DNA from: Eledone cirrhosa
Lineage: Eukaryota
Reading direction: 5' to 3'
Assembly: GCA_964016885.1 (NCBI GenBank)
Contig: OZ024752.1
Location: forward strand, 48,298,001 to 48,362,000
Length of the DNA: 64,000 nt
Shown here piece by piece: positions 26,795 to 41,649 of the stretch. A program made the position numbers and the translations under genes. Each line of letters opens with the position of its first letter. Within the stretch, counting starts at the first letter, position 1. The notes below the pieces were generated by a model, which saw only the letters and a program-made list of their open reading frames with translations, made no database searches and was not told where the DNA came from.

Positions 26795-27098
26795 TCATCA
26801 TCATCACCATCATCATCATCACCGTTTTACGTCCATTCTTCCACGCTAGCATGGGTTAGACGGGTTGTCCTGTTGTGGGCAGTGTCTGGTCGGCTGACCA
26901 TGCCTTGCTCATACAGGAACTGATTTGGCTTGATTTCTACAGCTGGATGCCCTTCCTAACACCAACCTCATTTACAGTGAGTGCTGGGTGCTTTTTTGCC
27001 GTGGCGCCTACACGTCCACTTTACAGTGTGGGCTGGGTGCTTTTTTGCTGTGGCACCTCCACGACCACCTTGCGGTGGGGGGTGTGGGGGCATATTGT
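26795..27098 (-). mobile_element. Headless SINE-like element with (GAT)n tail
   Basis: Near-identical to 41252-41554; both begin at gacaatatgcccccacacccccc. Confidence 0.8.
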
Positions 27099-28604
27099 CA
27101 TATATATATATATATATAGAGATAGACACACACATATATACAACAGAATTTTGCAGTTTCAATACTGCAACTCTCAAAGGACTGTGTCCAAGATGGCTGC
27201 TTAGGAAGGTGGCCTTAAGGAAGCACTGTCCCTAACTAGAATGTTTCAGATCACAGCTCTCCTCATTCAGGGTTGACCTAGGGTTAAACAGCAACACCAA
27301 CAACAACATAGCTGTGCCAACTGTACCAGTGGTTGACCTAGGGTTAAACAACAACTATTTTATATCGTTCATTCAAGTTAGAACATGAAGCATTCTTTCA
27401 CTAGTTTATCAATATATGTTTGATATCAATACAGATCAATATTACACCAATCAGTGGTGAGTGATTGCTAATTATGGATCTATAAGAACACTATCACATT
27501 TAGAAATCATTGCACGCTCCTGACCATCCAGCTTCAGCCACACACTTACGTATATGTGTGCACATATAAACACATACACACTACAAACACATACATATAT
27601 ACACCCACATACATACACACACATAGATATAAAAAACGTACATACACACACATATATATATATATAAACACATATACACGCATAAAACCTCTCTTAAGCA
27701 TGTGCCAGCATACTCACAACACAAACGGGCACACACACTGACACACGCATACACTCATATATATATATATATATATATATACACTCGCACATACACTCAC
27801 ACACATACACACAAACACATATACACTAACATATATATATATACAGTCATACACACATACATATAGTCACACAAACACTCACACACACATGTACACTAAG
27901 ATACATATAGTCACACACATATATACACTCACACACGCACACACACATACATACAGTCACACACACACACATCTACACTCACAACTCACACACACACACA
28001 TACACTCTCAAACATATGTACTCACACATACATACAGTCACACACACACATCTACACTCACAACTCACACACACACATACACTCTCAAACATATACACAC
28101 ACACATACACTCTCAAACATATGCACTCACACATATACACTAACACACATACATTTACACACATATACACACACATGCGCATACACTCACACATATATGC
28201 ACACACTCATTCACACACGCACACACACACACACGCACACACACATACACAGCCTAGTTTTCCCATGATGTTCATTTGTACAATAATTACTTTTTATTAC
28301 GACACTATACACTGTACCCTTGATACATTAATTCTGTGGAGGGGAACCCCCATCGACACCACCACTACTACCACCACCACCACCACCACCACAGCAATCA
28401 CCACCATCACCATGGCAACCACCAACACCACCACCAGCACCACCGCCACTGCCACCAAAGGAGCAACCACCACCACCACCACCACTGCTAACATCACCAA
28501 CACCACCAATATCAATACCACTACGATCACCAACAGCACCCCACCACCACCACCACCACCACCACCACATCAACAACAACAACAAAAGTTACAAGAGCTA
28601 TTTG

Positions 28605-28805
<201 letters not shown>

Positions 28806-28833
28806 CATATATATACATATATATATATGTATA

Positions 28834-28945
<112 letters not shown>

Positions 28946-29019
28946 ACCATAATTTAACAGTGCTCTTAATTTAGCAATTTCATTCAATCATTGTGCTCAC
29001 CCTTGTATATAAACACACA

Positions 29020-29066
<47 letters not shown>

Positions 29067-29105
29067 ATATATATATTATATAATATATATATATATTATA
29101 TATAT

Positions 29106-29158
<53 letters not shown>

Positions 29159-29543
29159 CATCATATATTATTTGTTTTCCCTGCTATATACTTATTTATT
29201 TTTATTAAGTAATATTTATATTAATATAAAAATAATAATAACAACACCAACAATAACAACAACAATAACAATAATATCAAGATAAATTTTAAAATGCACT
29301 TTTGCGTGGGATGAGAAATATGTTTACATTGTTTGATGTTTAGATTAGAGTTATATTTTTAATTACAAGGTGTTATCAATACAGGTTAATTACTGAAATA
29401 ATGAAGTAATAAAGAAAGGGTAGAATTATTCCTGAATATTTTGGGTGGCATGCATGATGAAATTGAGCTTTGTCCCTTTTCTGTGTTCCGATTTTTCACT
29501 TCAAAATTACAATCATATCTACACAAATATATTATTTAGATAA

Positions 29544-29815
29544 TAATTGTTTCTACTTTTTGGCACAAGGCCAGCAATTACCCCAGTATATTACTGGTAC
29601 TTTATTTTATTGACCCCATAAGGATGAAAGGCAAAGCTAACTTTTGGCACAAGGCCAGTAATTACCCCAGTGCATTACTGGTACTTTATTTGATCGAACC
29701 CCTGTAAGGATGAAAGGCAAAGCTGACCTCGGCAGGATTTGAATCCAGAACGTAAGGGGCAATAACTCTATGCCACAAAACAGTATCTGATGCTCTACCG
29801 ATACTGCCAATCCAA
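29544..29815 (-). mobile_element. SINE family B with duplicated 3' segment
   Basis: ttttggcacaaggccag..gatgaaaggcaaagct present twice (29558, 29642). Confidence 0.85.
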
Positions 29816-30632
29816 AATAATAAGCTTTATTTTACCTCAGCTTTCCATGCTGGCATGGGTTGGATGCATTGCGAAAGTTTGAGACTAAATGAATCAGAGA
29901 GACCTCATCTTGTTCATACTTTCCATATTTGGTATGGCTTCTATAGCTGGATGCCTTTTTTAATACCAACTACTTTACAGAGTGTACTGGGTGCATTGTA
30001 TCATAGCACCAGCACCACCACTTTACAGAATGTATTAGGTGAATTTTATACCACCAGCACTACCACTTTACAGAGTGTACTTAGATGCAATTTAACATGA
30101 CACTAGCACTATCACTTTACAGAGAGTATTATGTACATTTTATAATACTACCAACAGAACTGAAAAGATGCCATTCGATTGCCACATGTTTGCTCTTTGA
30201 AAAGCTACCACAATTTAGATGTACTCTAAATATATAAATAGTTGATCATTATAAATAACAGTCGTGAATATTGGGTAAAGTATCTTGTGGTGACAAAAAA
30301 ACTGTGGACTGAAGATACTGCATGGAATTGAATGCCACAGCTATTAGATACTGAGTGAATGCAATAATTTCTCTGCTGTAGAGCTGAAAGCTACCAATTC
30401 AGTGATTTTTTTCTTTTTTTTTAGATTTTAAGCCTGTAGCTAGACGTAGAAACAGAGTTTGACTTGAAGCAATGGGTTGTTTAAAATCTTCTAAAAAAGA
30501 CAAAATTGGTAGAACTGTGGCCATAATGCAGAAAGACTAGAATAGTTGAATGAATCAGGTAAGATGGGAAAAAAGTAGACAGAATGTCCAACAGGAACTG
30601 AACTATTTATCAATTATTATGTAAACTGGAGA

Positions 30633-30804
30633 GGGCGGTGGATTGGCAGAATCGGTAGAGAGTCGGACACCATGCTTTGAAGCATAGAGTTACGTCCCTT
30701 TATGATCTGAGTTCAAATCCGGCCTTTCATCCTTACGGGGTCGATAAAATAAAGTACCAGTAATGCACTGGGTAATTGCTGGCCTTGTGCCTAAGGTAGA
30801 AACA
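30633..30804 (+). mobile_element. SINE family B with 17-bp target-site duplication (TSD)
   Basis: attatgtaaactggaga at 30616-30632 and 30805-30821. Confidence 0.9.
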
Positions 30805-30830
30805 ATTATGTAAACTGGAGACTAGTCTTG

Positions 30831-31330
30831 CCTGTCAGGGTGACTTATACACAAGTATGTATGGTGTTCTTATATACATGTCCTGTCAGGGTGACTTATA
30901 AACAGGTATGTATGTTATTCTTATACATCATACATATCCTGTCAGAGTGACTTATACACAAGTATGGATGCTACTCTTATATACATATCCTGTCAGGGTG
31001 ACTTATATACAGGTATGTAAGCTATTCTTATATATATATATATATCCTTTCAGTGTGACTTATACACAAGTATGTATGCTACTCATATATACATATCCTG
31101 TCAGGGTGACTTATACACAAGTATGTATGCTACTCATATATACATATCCTGTCAGGGTGACTTATACACAGGTATGTATGCTATTCTTATATACATATCC
31201 TGTCAGGGTGACTTATACACAAGTATATATGCTACTCTTATATACACACCCTGTCAGGGAGACTTATACACAAGTATGTATGCTATTGTAATATAATATA
31301 TATATATATCCTGCCAGACTTATACACAAA
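30831..31330 (+). repeat. ~51-bp minisatellite, ~9 units
   Basis: cctgtcagggtgacttatacacaagtatgtatgctactcttatatacatat. Confidence 0.9.
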
Positions 31331-31335
31331 GTTCT

Positions 31336-31981
31336 TGACCTCTAACCATTCAGCTCTGACTGGGAATTGAACTCATGACTGAAAGATATTGAAGTTTGTG
31401 ACCTCTAACCATTCAGCTCTGACTGGGAATTGAACTCATGACTGAAAGATATTGAAGTTTGTGACCTCTAACCATTCAGCTCTGACTGGGAATTGAACTC
31501 ATGACTGAAAGATATTGAAGTTTGTGACCTCTAACCATTCAGCTCTGACTGGGAATTGAACTCATGACTGAAAGATATTGAAGTTTGTGACCTCTAACCA
31601 TTCAGCTCTGACTGGGAATTGAACTCATGACTGAAATATATTGAAGTTTGTGACCTCTAACCATTCAGCTCTGACTGGGAATTGAACTCATGACTGAAAG
31701 ATATTGAAGTTTGTGACCTCTAGCCATTCAGCTCTGACTGGGAATTGAACTCATGACTGAAAGATATTGAAGTTTGTGACCTCTAACCATTCAGCTCTGA
31801 CTGGGAATTGAACTCATGACTGAAAGATATTGAAGTTTGTGACCTCTAACCATTCAGCTCTGACTGGGAATTGAACTCATGACTGAAAGATATTGAAGTT
31901 TGTGACCTCTAACCATTCAGCTCTGACTGGGAATTGAACTCATGACTGAAAGTTATTGAAGTTTGTGACCTCTAACCATTC
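31336..31981 (-). repeat. 63-bp tandem array (~10 units) of a tRNA/SINE-like Pol III head
   Basis: Period 63; minus unit gctgaatggttagaggtcacaaacttcaatatctttcagtcatgagttcaattcccagtcaga contains A-box-like and B-box (GTTCAATTC) motifs. Confidence 0.85.
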
Positions 31982-32957
31982 AAATATGTGACTTCACCAT
32001 GAAATAAAAATGGAGACGAAATTCCGCAGATTAGCAGAACAGCTGAAAAAGGCAAAACTGTTCCAACAGAACAAGAAACTATGATGGAAAAAAAAAAAAA
32101 AAGATTATAACAGATTTGATGACAGAGACTTTTGTGGTGGTGGTGGTGGTGGTGGTGGTGGTGCTGGCGGTTGTGGTGGTGGTATTGCTGGTTGTGGTGG
32201 TTGTGTTAGGGATGTTGTTTTTGGTGGTAGTGTTGTTGTTGTTGGTGGTGGTGGAGTTGATTGTGTTTGTGGTAGGTTTTTATTGGGGGTGTTGTTGTTG
32301 GCAGTTGTGGTGGTGGTGTTGCTGGTTGTGGTGGTCGTAAGGATGTTGTTGCTGGTGGTGTTGTTGGTGGTGTTCTTGATGGAATTGTTGTTGTTGTTGG
32401 TGGTTGTGGTGGTGGTGGTGGTGGTGGTGGTTGTTGCTGGTGAGGTTGATTGTGTTTGTGGTAGGTCTTTATTGGGAGTGTTGTTGTTGTTGTTGTTGTT
32501 GGCTGTAGTGTTATTGGTGGCGGAGTTGTTGGTGGTGATGGTGGTGGGGTTGATTTGTTAGTGGTGGTGTGAGTGTATTGATGGGTGGTGGTGGTGGCGG
32601 TGAGTGTGTTTGTAGTGGCAGTGGTGAATGTGTTTGTGGTAGTGTGAGTGTGTTTTGGGGTGGTGGTGGTAGTGGTGTTGGTGTGCCTGTTTCTGGTACT
32701 GTTGGTGATGGTGATGGTGATGGTAGTGGTAGTGCTGCTCCTGATAGGGATTTAAGTCCTTGTCAGCTGTGTTAGGCAGAACTAAGTCTAAATACTAAAT
32801 ACCAATAGACTAAAACACAATGCAAGACATACAAGTTCACAGACAAGTAAATAAAATACAAACAAAAAATAATAAAAAATGCATGGTGCAGGTGGGAAGC
32901 AATTGGGAATTTAATTTTTTTATAAATGAGATAAATCAAAATAAGTCATAGATTAAA

Positions 32958-33235
32958 TATAATAATAATAATATTGATTTCACTTATTGGCCACAAGGGC
33001 TGACATGTAGGGTACAATACAAAGGCAGAGACAGTGGGGGTTTACAATAAGCCTGAGTAAAAGTGCACAATAGCAAAACCAATTTAACAATGAAAAAATT
33101 TAAAATAAACTATGTATAAATATAACAAAATAAATTCCCCAATAGTGGGGTGACCCACCCAGGGGGGTGACTCAGGTACCCCACTAATCCTGAACCACCC
33201 GACACTTCTAGGGCACCTGGGGAAGGGCATTATAA
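32958..33235 (-). mobile_element. Non-LTR retrotransposon 3' UTR with (ATT)n tail
   Basis: Reverse complement ends cagcccttgtggccaataagtgaaatc-(att)n; same end at 45410-45522 and 45523-45630. Confidence 0.6.
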
Positions 33236-33242
33236 TAATAAT

Positions 33243-33425
33243 AATTGTTTCTACTTTTGGCACAAGGCCAGCAATTACCCCAGTGTATTACTGGTACTTT
33301 ATTTTATCAACCCCAGTAAGGATGAAAGGCAAAGTTAACCTCGGTGGGATTTGAACTCAGACCGTAAAGGGCCGTAACTCTATGCTGCAAAGCATAACAT
33401 CTGACTCTCTATCGATAATGCCAAT
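33243..33425 (-). mobile_element. SINE family B
   Basis: Reverse complement of the family B consensus. Confidence 0.88.
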
Positions 33426-34738
33426 GTCATTAATCCACTGCCCTGGGATTGTATTTTATTTTATTAAGCCTTGAAAGGATGAAAGGCAATGTTAACCTTG
33501 ATAAGATTTGAACTCAGAACCCAGAGAAATACTTCAAGGTGGTTTGTCTTCTACTTTAATGACTCAAGCGACTGCTAAAAGAAAGCAATGCGAAAGGAAA
33601 GATAACCAGTTGTCCTCTAGATTTAATCACAAACATCAAGATGTCATTTTCACTTCAGTGAGACTCCTATAATCCAATTCATTATAGGACATAATATCCA
33701 TTTTTTAACTATTTTCGATGTTGCTGTTGTTATTTTTGTTATACTTTTACTAACTAGAATTATTATGAAATATATATAAAAAAAAAAAAAAAAAAAAGGA
33801 AGGACCACTTTATCAAAAGATAACATGACTTCTGAGTAGTCATGTGATTATTATAACCAATCAATGTTTGGCAACGTCTTATCAACTGAAACTAGCAAAA
33901 AAAAAAAGAAGAAAAAAAAAGAAGAAGAAAAATAGAGAAGAAAAAAAAGAAGAAAAAAAGAAGAAACAAAAAGAAGAAAAAAAAGAAAAAAAAAAGAAAA
34001 AAGTGTGTGGACAAAGGTAAAAAAAAAAGTAAGAAGAAATGGCAAAAAAAACTAATGACAGGCTAGAATTGGATTTGATAAAAGCCTGTTGATCACTGAT
34101 CATGTAAAGTGTTCTAAGACACAAAAGGTTAATTAATTAGTAAGGATAAATGTTTGATGGAATTTTTTTTTTCCAATTTTATTTGATTAAACTTATTGAA
34201 GAAAACTAACTCTAGTAATGATAATATTAAATTAAAAAAAAAAAAATATGATAGTAGTAATATTAATAAAATGGTCATCCTTGTTCTTCAAATTGTTCTG
34301 AAGTACTTTGTATCTTGGAGTAGTCTTCAGTGAACAAATGCAACCAATCATTTGATTTTCTTTATTTAAGATTTATAAAATTGACTATTGCGATTCTGTC
34401 TTCTTTGGCTCAGAATCTTTTGAAAAAACCTCTGTTATTGGGAAGATTAAAACAACAACAAAAAAAAAAAAGATTTAAAACAATTTCTACTTTTTTGTTA
34501 TTATTGTTGCTGGTGCTGTTGTTGTTGTCTGTGTTATTGTAAAGATTGTGAGTGCAGATGGTCAACCTAATAATGTCATTGGACAACTAGGTATGCTGAT
34601 GATGATGACAATGATGGTGGTGGGTATCAACTCTTGATTATCTCCCCTTCTCACTGACATAATATCTTTGTTCACAGTGAAACACTTAACTTTAATGGCT
34701 GATTCCATTTAGCTTTAAATAGGTACCATAGGAGATAT

Positions 34739-34910
34739 GTGAAGGTGCATGGCTTAGTGGTTAGAACATTGGGCTTGCAATCGAAAGGTTGTGAGTTCAA
34801 TTCTCGGACCGGGTGATGCGTTGTTTCCTTGAGCAAGTCACTTTATTTCACGTTGCTCCAGTTTACTCAGCTGTAGAAATGAGATGATAGGGACTGGGGT
34901 CCCTATCATT
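34739..34910 (+). mobile_element. SINE family A 5' half, ending at the internal hairpin
   Basis: Head through atgatagggactggggtccctatcatt. Confidence 0.88.
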
Positions 34911-35206
34911 AAATTATCCAAGACATCTCCAACGAGATATACCTTGGAGGAGGCCAGCTAAACCTGCATAGGTGTGAGCTGTCACACACACACACACACA
35001 CACACACACAGGAGATATATTGATGTATTTCCCTAATGTATGTTGTGGCACCACTGTAAATTTTGGTGGTGGATTGACAGATTGATCCTTTTGATATGAA
35101 ACTACTTGAAACATTCCCTGATTCTATGATACAAAACTGTTTCAGTATTTATATCTTTTGCCAGGTATTGCAACTGGCAGATAGTGTCAGCAATGGAAGG
35201 ACCAGT

Positions 35207-35253
<47 letters not shown>

Positions 35254-35290
35254 CAAGAGAAAGAGAGAGAGAGACGACAGAGATAGAGAT

Positions 35291-35324
<34 letters not shown>

Positions 35325-35400
35325 GACAGAGATACAGAGATAAAGAGAGAGAGAGAGAGGAGCAAGAGAAAGAGAGAGAGAGCAAGGATGAGAGGGGGAC

Positions 35401-35433
<33 letters not shown>

Positions 35434-35522
35434 CAAGAGAGCAAGGAAGAGTGGGAGACGAGAGAGAGAGAGAGAGAGCAAGAGAGAGAGAGAGACGACA
35501 GAGATACAGAGAGAAAGAGAGG

Positions 35523-35589
<67 letters not shown>

Positions 35590-36031
35590 GGTGTTGGTAG
35601 AAAGTTTCAGATTTTAGTAGGGAGCTTTACAGAGATGACAGCATGGCACAAGAGAAAATAATATAGTGTGGAAAACATTAGAATTAGTGTGACATAATAG
35701 AAGATAATTCTGTCTTAGAATATATCTACCAAACTATTTCCATTGTGTGCTATGGTAATAATTATGGTGAAGTATGTGTGAGTACATGTGTTCGAATATT
35801 TGTTGTGCAATATATGTATATGTTATATCATACACATACATATTATATATATGTATATATATATATATATGTGTATGTGTGTGTGTATGTGCTTGTGAAT
35901 ACATCTGTAGGATGGTATATGTATGTGTGTGTATGTGTGCATGTAAATACATATATATCATCATCATCAACATCATTGTCTAATAACATTGATATATTCA
36001 TAAATACATACATGCCTGAATTCATACATAC

Positions 36032-36062
<31 letters not shown>

Positions 36063-36970
36063 CACATACACACACACATATATGCAATCCTGAAAACTTA
36101 TATGAATTATTATACATAATTTTTAATATATCTATAACATATATATTTACATATATACATATATGTGCATGTATGTATCTGTGTGCCTGTATACACATAC
36201 ACACACACACGTATATTTATATATATATATATATATATATATAAATACATATATATATATATATAAATATGTACGTATATATATATATATATGTATGTAT
36301 ATATATATATATATGTATGTATATGTATATATATATGTGTATGTGTGTATGTATATATATATATATATATATATGTGCCAAAAAATACAAACAAAACACT
36401 TTTTATAGAAACTGAAGCCATTTACATAGGGATAAGAATTATAGAGTTTACTTGTGGGGAATAAAGATTTTGGATTTGTTTAAATATTACCCTACCACCA
36501 ACTCACATCCTCACACACTCATACATTCCCTCTGCCGGTACTGTTTCCATTTCCACCATTTCTGCAGTGAATAATAGCGTGTCTTTTAGAATTCAATCAT
36601 AAATACAGAGACATGGATAGCTCTAATGCATTTTTAAAGTTGATGGCATTGTGTTTAGAAAAGCGAATTACATAAACATATTGTGACAAGGGTATAAATA
36701 ATTTTGCATTTTTATTTATAAAGATATGTGCTTATATATTTATACACATTCATAGACACATACAGACAATATATATATATATATATAAGTATATATATGT
36801 ATGTATATATATATTTGTATGTGTATATATATGTGGGTGTCATTTGTCTCATGATCATTTCACTAAATCTATTCAGTTTTTCTTAATACAATGCTGAACA
36901 AATAAAAGTGTTATGGACTTAATACATGACTATTAACTATGTATGCATTCATACATACACTGATATATGT

Positions 36971-37013
<43 letters not shown>

Positions 37014-37079
37014 TATATATACATATAAATATATACATATAAATATAAATATATATATATTTATATATACATATAAATT

Positions 37080-37128
<49 letters not shown>

Positions 37129-37503
37129 ATGTATATATGTGTGTGTGTGTAACTTGGTGTACTTTTTTATACATATTTATGTGCATGCTAACCTATATTT
37201 TATGTCTATATGCATATATACACATCTAAGCATGCAAATGTGTATTTGTACATAATTACATATATATTTTCATCCAATTGTTCACATATTTTGAAACAAA
37301 TTTATTCACATATATATTTTTATGTAATGTGTGTATATGTTTTTAAATGCATAGAATTTTATGTGTGAATTTAGTAATCATGTAAAACACACATGCAGAC
37401 TCATTGAAAAATATATACATATGCATACATGCATATACACACATAAATATATGTACACACTCAAACAAAATATACTTATATGCATACTCACATGGATATA
37501 TGA

Positions 37504-37584
<81 letters not shown>

Positions 37585-37589
37585 TAAGA

Positions 37590-37663
<74 letters not shown>

Positions 37664-38144
37664 TGACATATATACAATTATATATAGATATATAAGTATA
37701 AATAGATAGATAGATGGACACAAAACAATAGCATTTCATTTATATGTGTATATATATATATATATACATAGTAATTCGTCTATTTGTTGATTTATATAAA
37801 ATGTAAAAGAAATATTACATTACACAAACACCAACATTGACAGAAATACAGAGTAAAAGAAGACCAAAAAAACCACAACAACAACACCACAACAAAATTA
37901 CCTCAATCCTCCCCCTGAAACCCCTTCAACAGCCCCTAACAAAAAGTAAATAATAGCAAAAGCAGAATAAACAAAGACACCATCCGGTCTTTAGAAAAAT
38001 ATCTATCTGATGTTCTTCCGCCTCACAAAAGAAGAAATGGCAACAAATTTTGTTGATGAATGAAAACTATATCTCTCTACTGCAAATGTTTGTACAGTAT
38101 TTTAAAGTTTTAGTTTCATTTTGTGTCACACATACATACATATG

Positions 38145-38184
<40 letters not shown>

Positions 38185-38314
38185 CTATATAATTATATAT
38201 AAATATATACATATATATATATGTCTGTATATATGTGTATATAATTATATATAAATATATACATATATATATGTGTATATAATTATATATATATATATAT
38301 ATATATATAGTAAT

Positions 38315-38350
<36 letters not shown>

Positions 38351-38382
38351 ATATATATATATATATATATAAATATGTATAT

Positions 38383-38417
<35 letters not shown>

Positions 38418-38735
38418 ATTATATATATATATATATATATATATTTAAATATGTGTATAAAATTATGTATAAATATATACATATATATATGTCTATATAT
38501 ATATATTTAAATATATATATATACACATATATATAAATATCTACATATATATATATACATATATATAAATATCTTCATATATATATATATGTGTATATAT
38601 ATAAATATATATATATATATATAAATATATACATATATATATATATACATATATATAAATATATACATATATATATATATATGTATATATGTATATATGT
38701 ATATATATATATATTTATATAAATATCTATATGTG

Positions 38736-38769
<34 letters not shown>

Positions 38770-38872
38770 TATAATTATCTACACACCAAAATGTATTGAG
38801 AATGTCTAGAGAATGGAAAACTGGAAAACGAATAATAATAACATTACCAACAACAACAACAACACTGACAAC

Positions 38873-38922
<50 letters not shown>

Positions 38923-39369
38923 TGACAACAATAATAATGATAATGATGATGATGATATTGAAAAAATAGAAGAAATAGAAGAGGAAAGAAGTGATAAGAA
39001 TGAGAGAAAATGACAATAAGAAACAATAAGAAACAATAAGAAACAATAAGAAAGCAAATACTATAAGACGGAAAGGTTTGCTCAATGAAACAATGTGAGG
39101 AAAATGAAAAAGCATAGAAGTATATTGAAAGGAAATTATACCAACTAAACTGAGTTATATATGTATTTATATACAATATATATATATATATAATGTATAT
39201 TTATATATATATATGTATGTATATTTATATATATTATATATATATATCTAATATATATATAAATCATATATATATATAATATATATATACATAGTATATA
39301 TATGTATATATGATATATAATTATTATATATATATATAATTTATATATAATATATATATATATATATAC

Positions 39370-39408
<39 letters not shown>

Positions 39409-39474
39409 CATATCTAATGTATATATATATATATATATACATTATATATGTATAATATATATATATATATATAC

Positions 39475-39578
39475 GCCGAGGTTAACTTTGCCTTTCATCC
39501 TTACAGGGTTGATAAAATAAAGTACCAGTAATGTACTAGATAATTGCTGGCCTTGTGCCAAAAGTAGAAACAATTATT
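39475..39578 (+). mobile_element. SINE family B 3' fragment
   Basis: gccgaggttaactttgcctttcatcc...aagtagaaacaatt. Confidence 0.85.
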
Positions 39579-39687
39579 ATATATATATATATATTGTATA
39601 TTTACTCCAATTAATTTGAGTGCTTTATATCAGTTATAAAAATATTTTGCTTGTTGTATCCCAACAAATTAAATATAACCTCTACAT

Positions 39688-39978
39688 CATTCATTCATTT
39701 TCATTTCATTTTTACGTCCACTTTTCCCTGCTTGCAAGGGTGGGACGGGAACTGATTCTGGCTTGATTTCTACAGCTGGATGCCCTTCCTAACACCAACC
39801 TCATTTACAGTGAGTGCTGGGTGCTTTTTTGCCGTGGCACCTCCACGACCACTTTGCAGTGGAATGATAGGGATCCCAGTCCTATCATCTCATTTCTACA
39901 GCTGAGTAAACTGGAGCAATGTGAAATAAAGTGTCTTGCTCAAGGAAACAACACATCACCCGGTCTGAGAATTGAACT
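39688..39978 (-). mobile_element. SINE family A, 5'-truncated
   Basis: Reverse complement of 2061-2397 from the B-box onward. Confidence 0.9.
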
Positions 39979-39991
39979 ACATATATCTATA

Positions 39992-40047
<56 letters not shown>

Positions 40048-40089
40048 CACACACACGCATAGATATATTCGTGTGTGTTTGTGTGTGTG

Positions 40090-41250
40090 TCCATTTTTCC
40101 ATGTTAAGGTTTTCTATGGCTGTAGAGGTTGAACTGGTCCTCGCCAACACAGAAGGTTTTCCATTGTCATCTTTGTAAAGTTCAGCTTCCTAAGATCAGC
40201 TCTCAACACTTTCTATCCTTGCTTTTCCTGTTCTCTCTCTTTCGTTGCTTCATTCCACTTCGATTGCCTGGCACTTCTTCATCCATACATATATATATGT
40301 CTATAGCAATAGAATCTTCTCACTTGCACATGGCATCTGATTCCTCTTATACCCAGATTTCCTCTCAACTCAATTGTCCTTCGTCACTCATTTATCCAAA
40401 TGTTACACTTCCAGAGAAGTATGGTTACTTTTAATACATTCATATCTTCTTCCCATACAACATCACACTACATACATAAGCATCATACAATACTTGGTGA
40501 AGGATTTAGCAGAAGTAGTCACTCCTTCAACCTTTTTCTCTCCTGTTCTTCTTATTCTGGCTAGGTACCCCATTTGCTGATAATACAGAGAGATAGGGAG
40601 GGTGAGAGAGATGGAAGCAATGACAGCGGGAGTTCAGTTCTTCTGTGTTCAGACTTGGTGTGCAACATCAGTTGTCCCCGTATAAGGAGGTAGTCATTCA
40701 TCTACTATTATCTAGGGTGCTGATATCAATTATCTTGCTTTTACCATTCAGTGGATTGGCAGTATCGGTAGAAGGTTCAGACGCCATGCTTTGCAGCATT
40801 GAGTTACGGCCCTTTGTGATCTGAGTTCAAATCCCGCCAAGGTTAACTTTGCTTTTCATCCTTACGGGGGTCGATAAAATAAAGTACCAGTAATGCACTG
40901 GGATAATTGCTGGCCTTGTGCCAAAAGTAGAAACAATTATTATTGTTAATATGTTGAGTTTCTTCAGTATTCCTCACTATTTTTAGTCTATGTTGTCAGA
41001 GTACCTTCCTACCTGCTGATTAGATGACCTCAGTAAGGGAAGCGCTCAACTATTTTAAGGGGTCCTTGTCAACACTGGAAAGATTATTTTACAGGAATTC
41101 TTACTGGTGAAATTTCTCGCGCATTTGACACGAAGTTCAACTTCTCTACCTGCCTGTGCATGATCCCGTGACCCTACCCATCTCTTGTGAATCCATAGTT
41201 TGCATTAGGTACACCATATAAAATTCCTACCTAGTCCTTTTTAGGCATGT
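40090..41250 (-). mobile_element. Decayed RTE LINE ORF 3' region interrupted by later insertions
   Basis: Minus-strand relics in expected order: CKLWIHKR, GPLKIVERFPY*GHLIS (41010-41240), then ARIR, LYDAYVCSVMLYG, ELRGNLGIRGIRCHVQVRR, WMKKCQAIEVE, VLRADLRKL (40150-40565); parallels the 41650 ORF. Confidence 0.7.
40750..40942 (+). mobile_element. SINE family B nested in the RTE relic
   Basis: Family B consensus. Confidence 0.88.
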
Positions 41251-41251
41251 A

Positions 41252-41554
41252 TCATCATCATCATCATCATCATCACCGTTTTACGTCCGTTCTTCCACGC
41301 TAGCATGGGTTAGACGGGTTGTCCTGTTGTGGGCAGTGTCTGGTCGGCTGACCATGCCTTGCTCATACAGGAACTGATTCTGGCTTGATTTCTACAGCTG
41401 GATGCCCTTCCTAACACCAACCTCATTTACAGGGAGTGCTGGGTGCTTTTTTTCCGTGGCGCCTACACGTCCACTTTACAGTGTGGGCTGGGTGCTTTTT
41501 TGCCGTGGCACCTCCACGACCACCTTGCGGTGGGGGGTGTGGGGGCATATTGTC
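41252..41554 (-). mobile_element. Headless SINE-like element
   Basis: Near-identical to 26795-27098. Confidence 0.8.
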
Positions 41555-41649
41555 TATATGCTTCAGCTTGTACCCATGGGAGGTCGGGTACTCTGTATTA
41601 CTGCGTGACGCCAGAGGTCACGGTCGTGTGTCATCGTATATAAATATAT

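Noticed and set aside
31336-31981. tRNA gene cluster or CRISPR array
   Set aside because: No acceptor stem or full cloverleaf, and no unique spacers
34410-34431. GFFKR integrin-alpha motif on the minus strand after an acceptor-like site
   Set aside because: Stop follows after one residue, there is no upstream TM-Lys exon, and other frames are equally plausible
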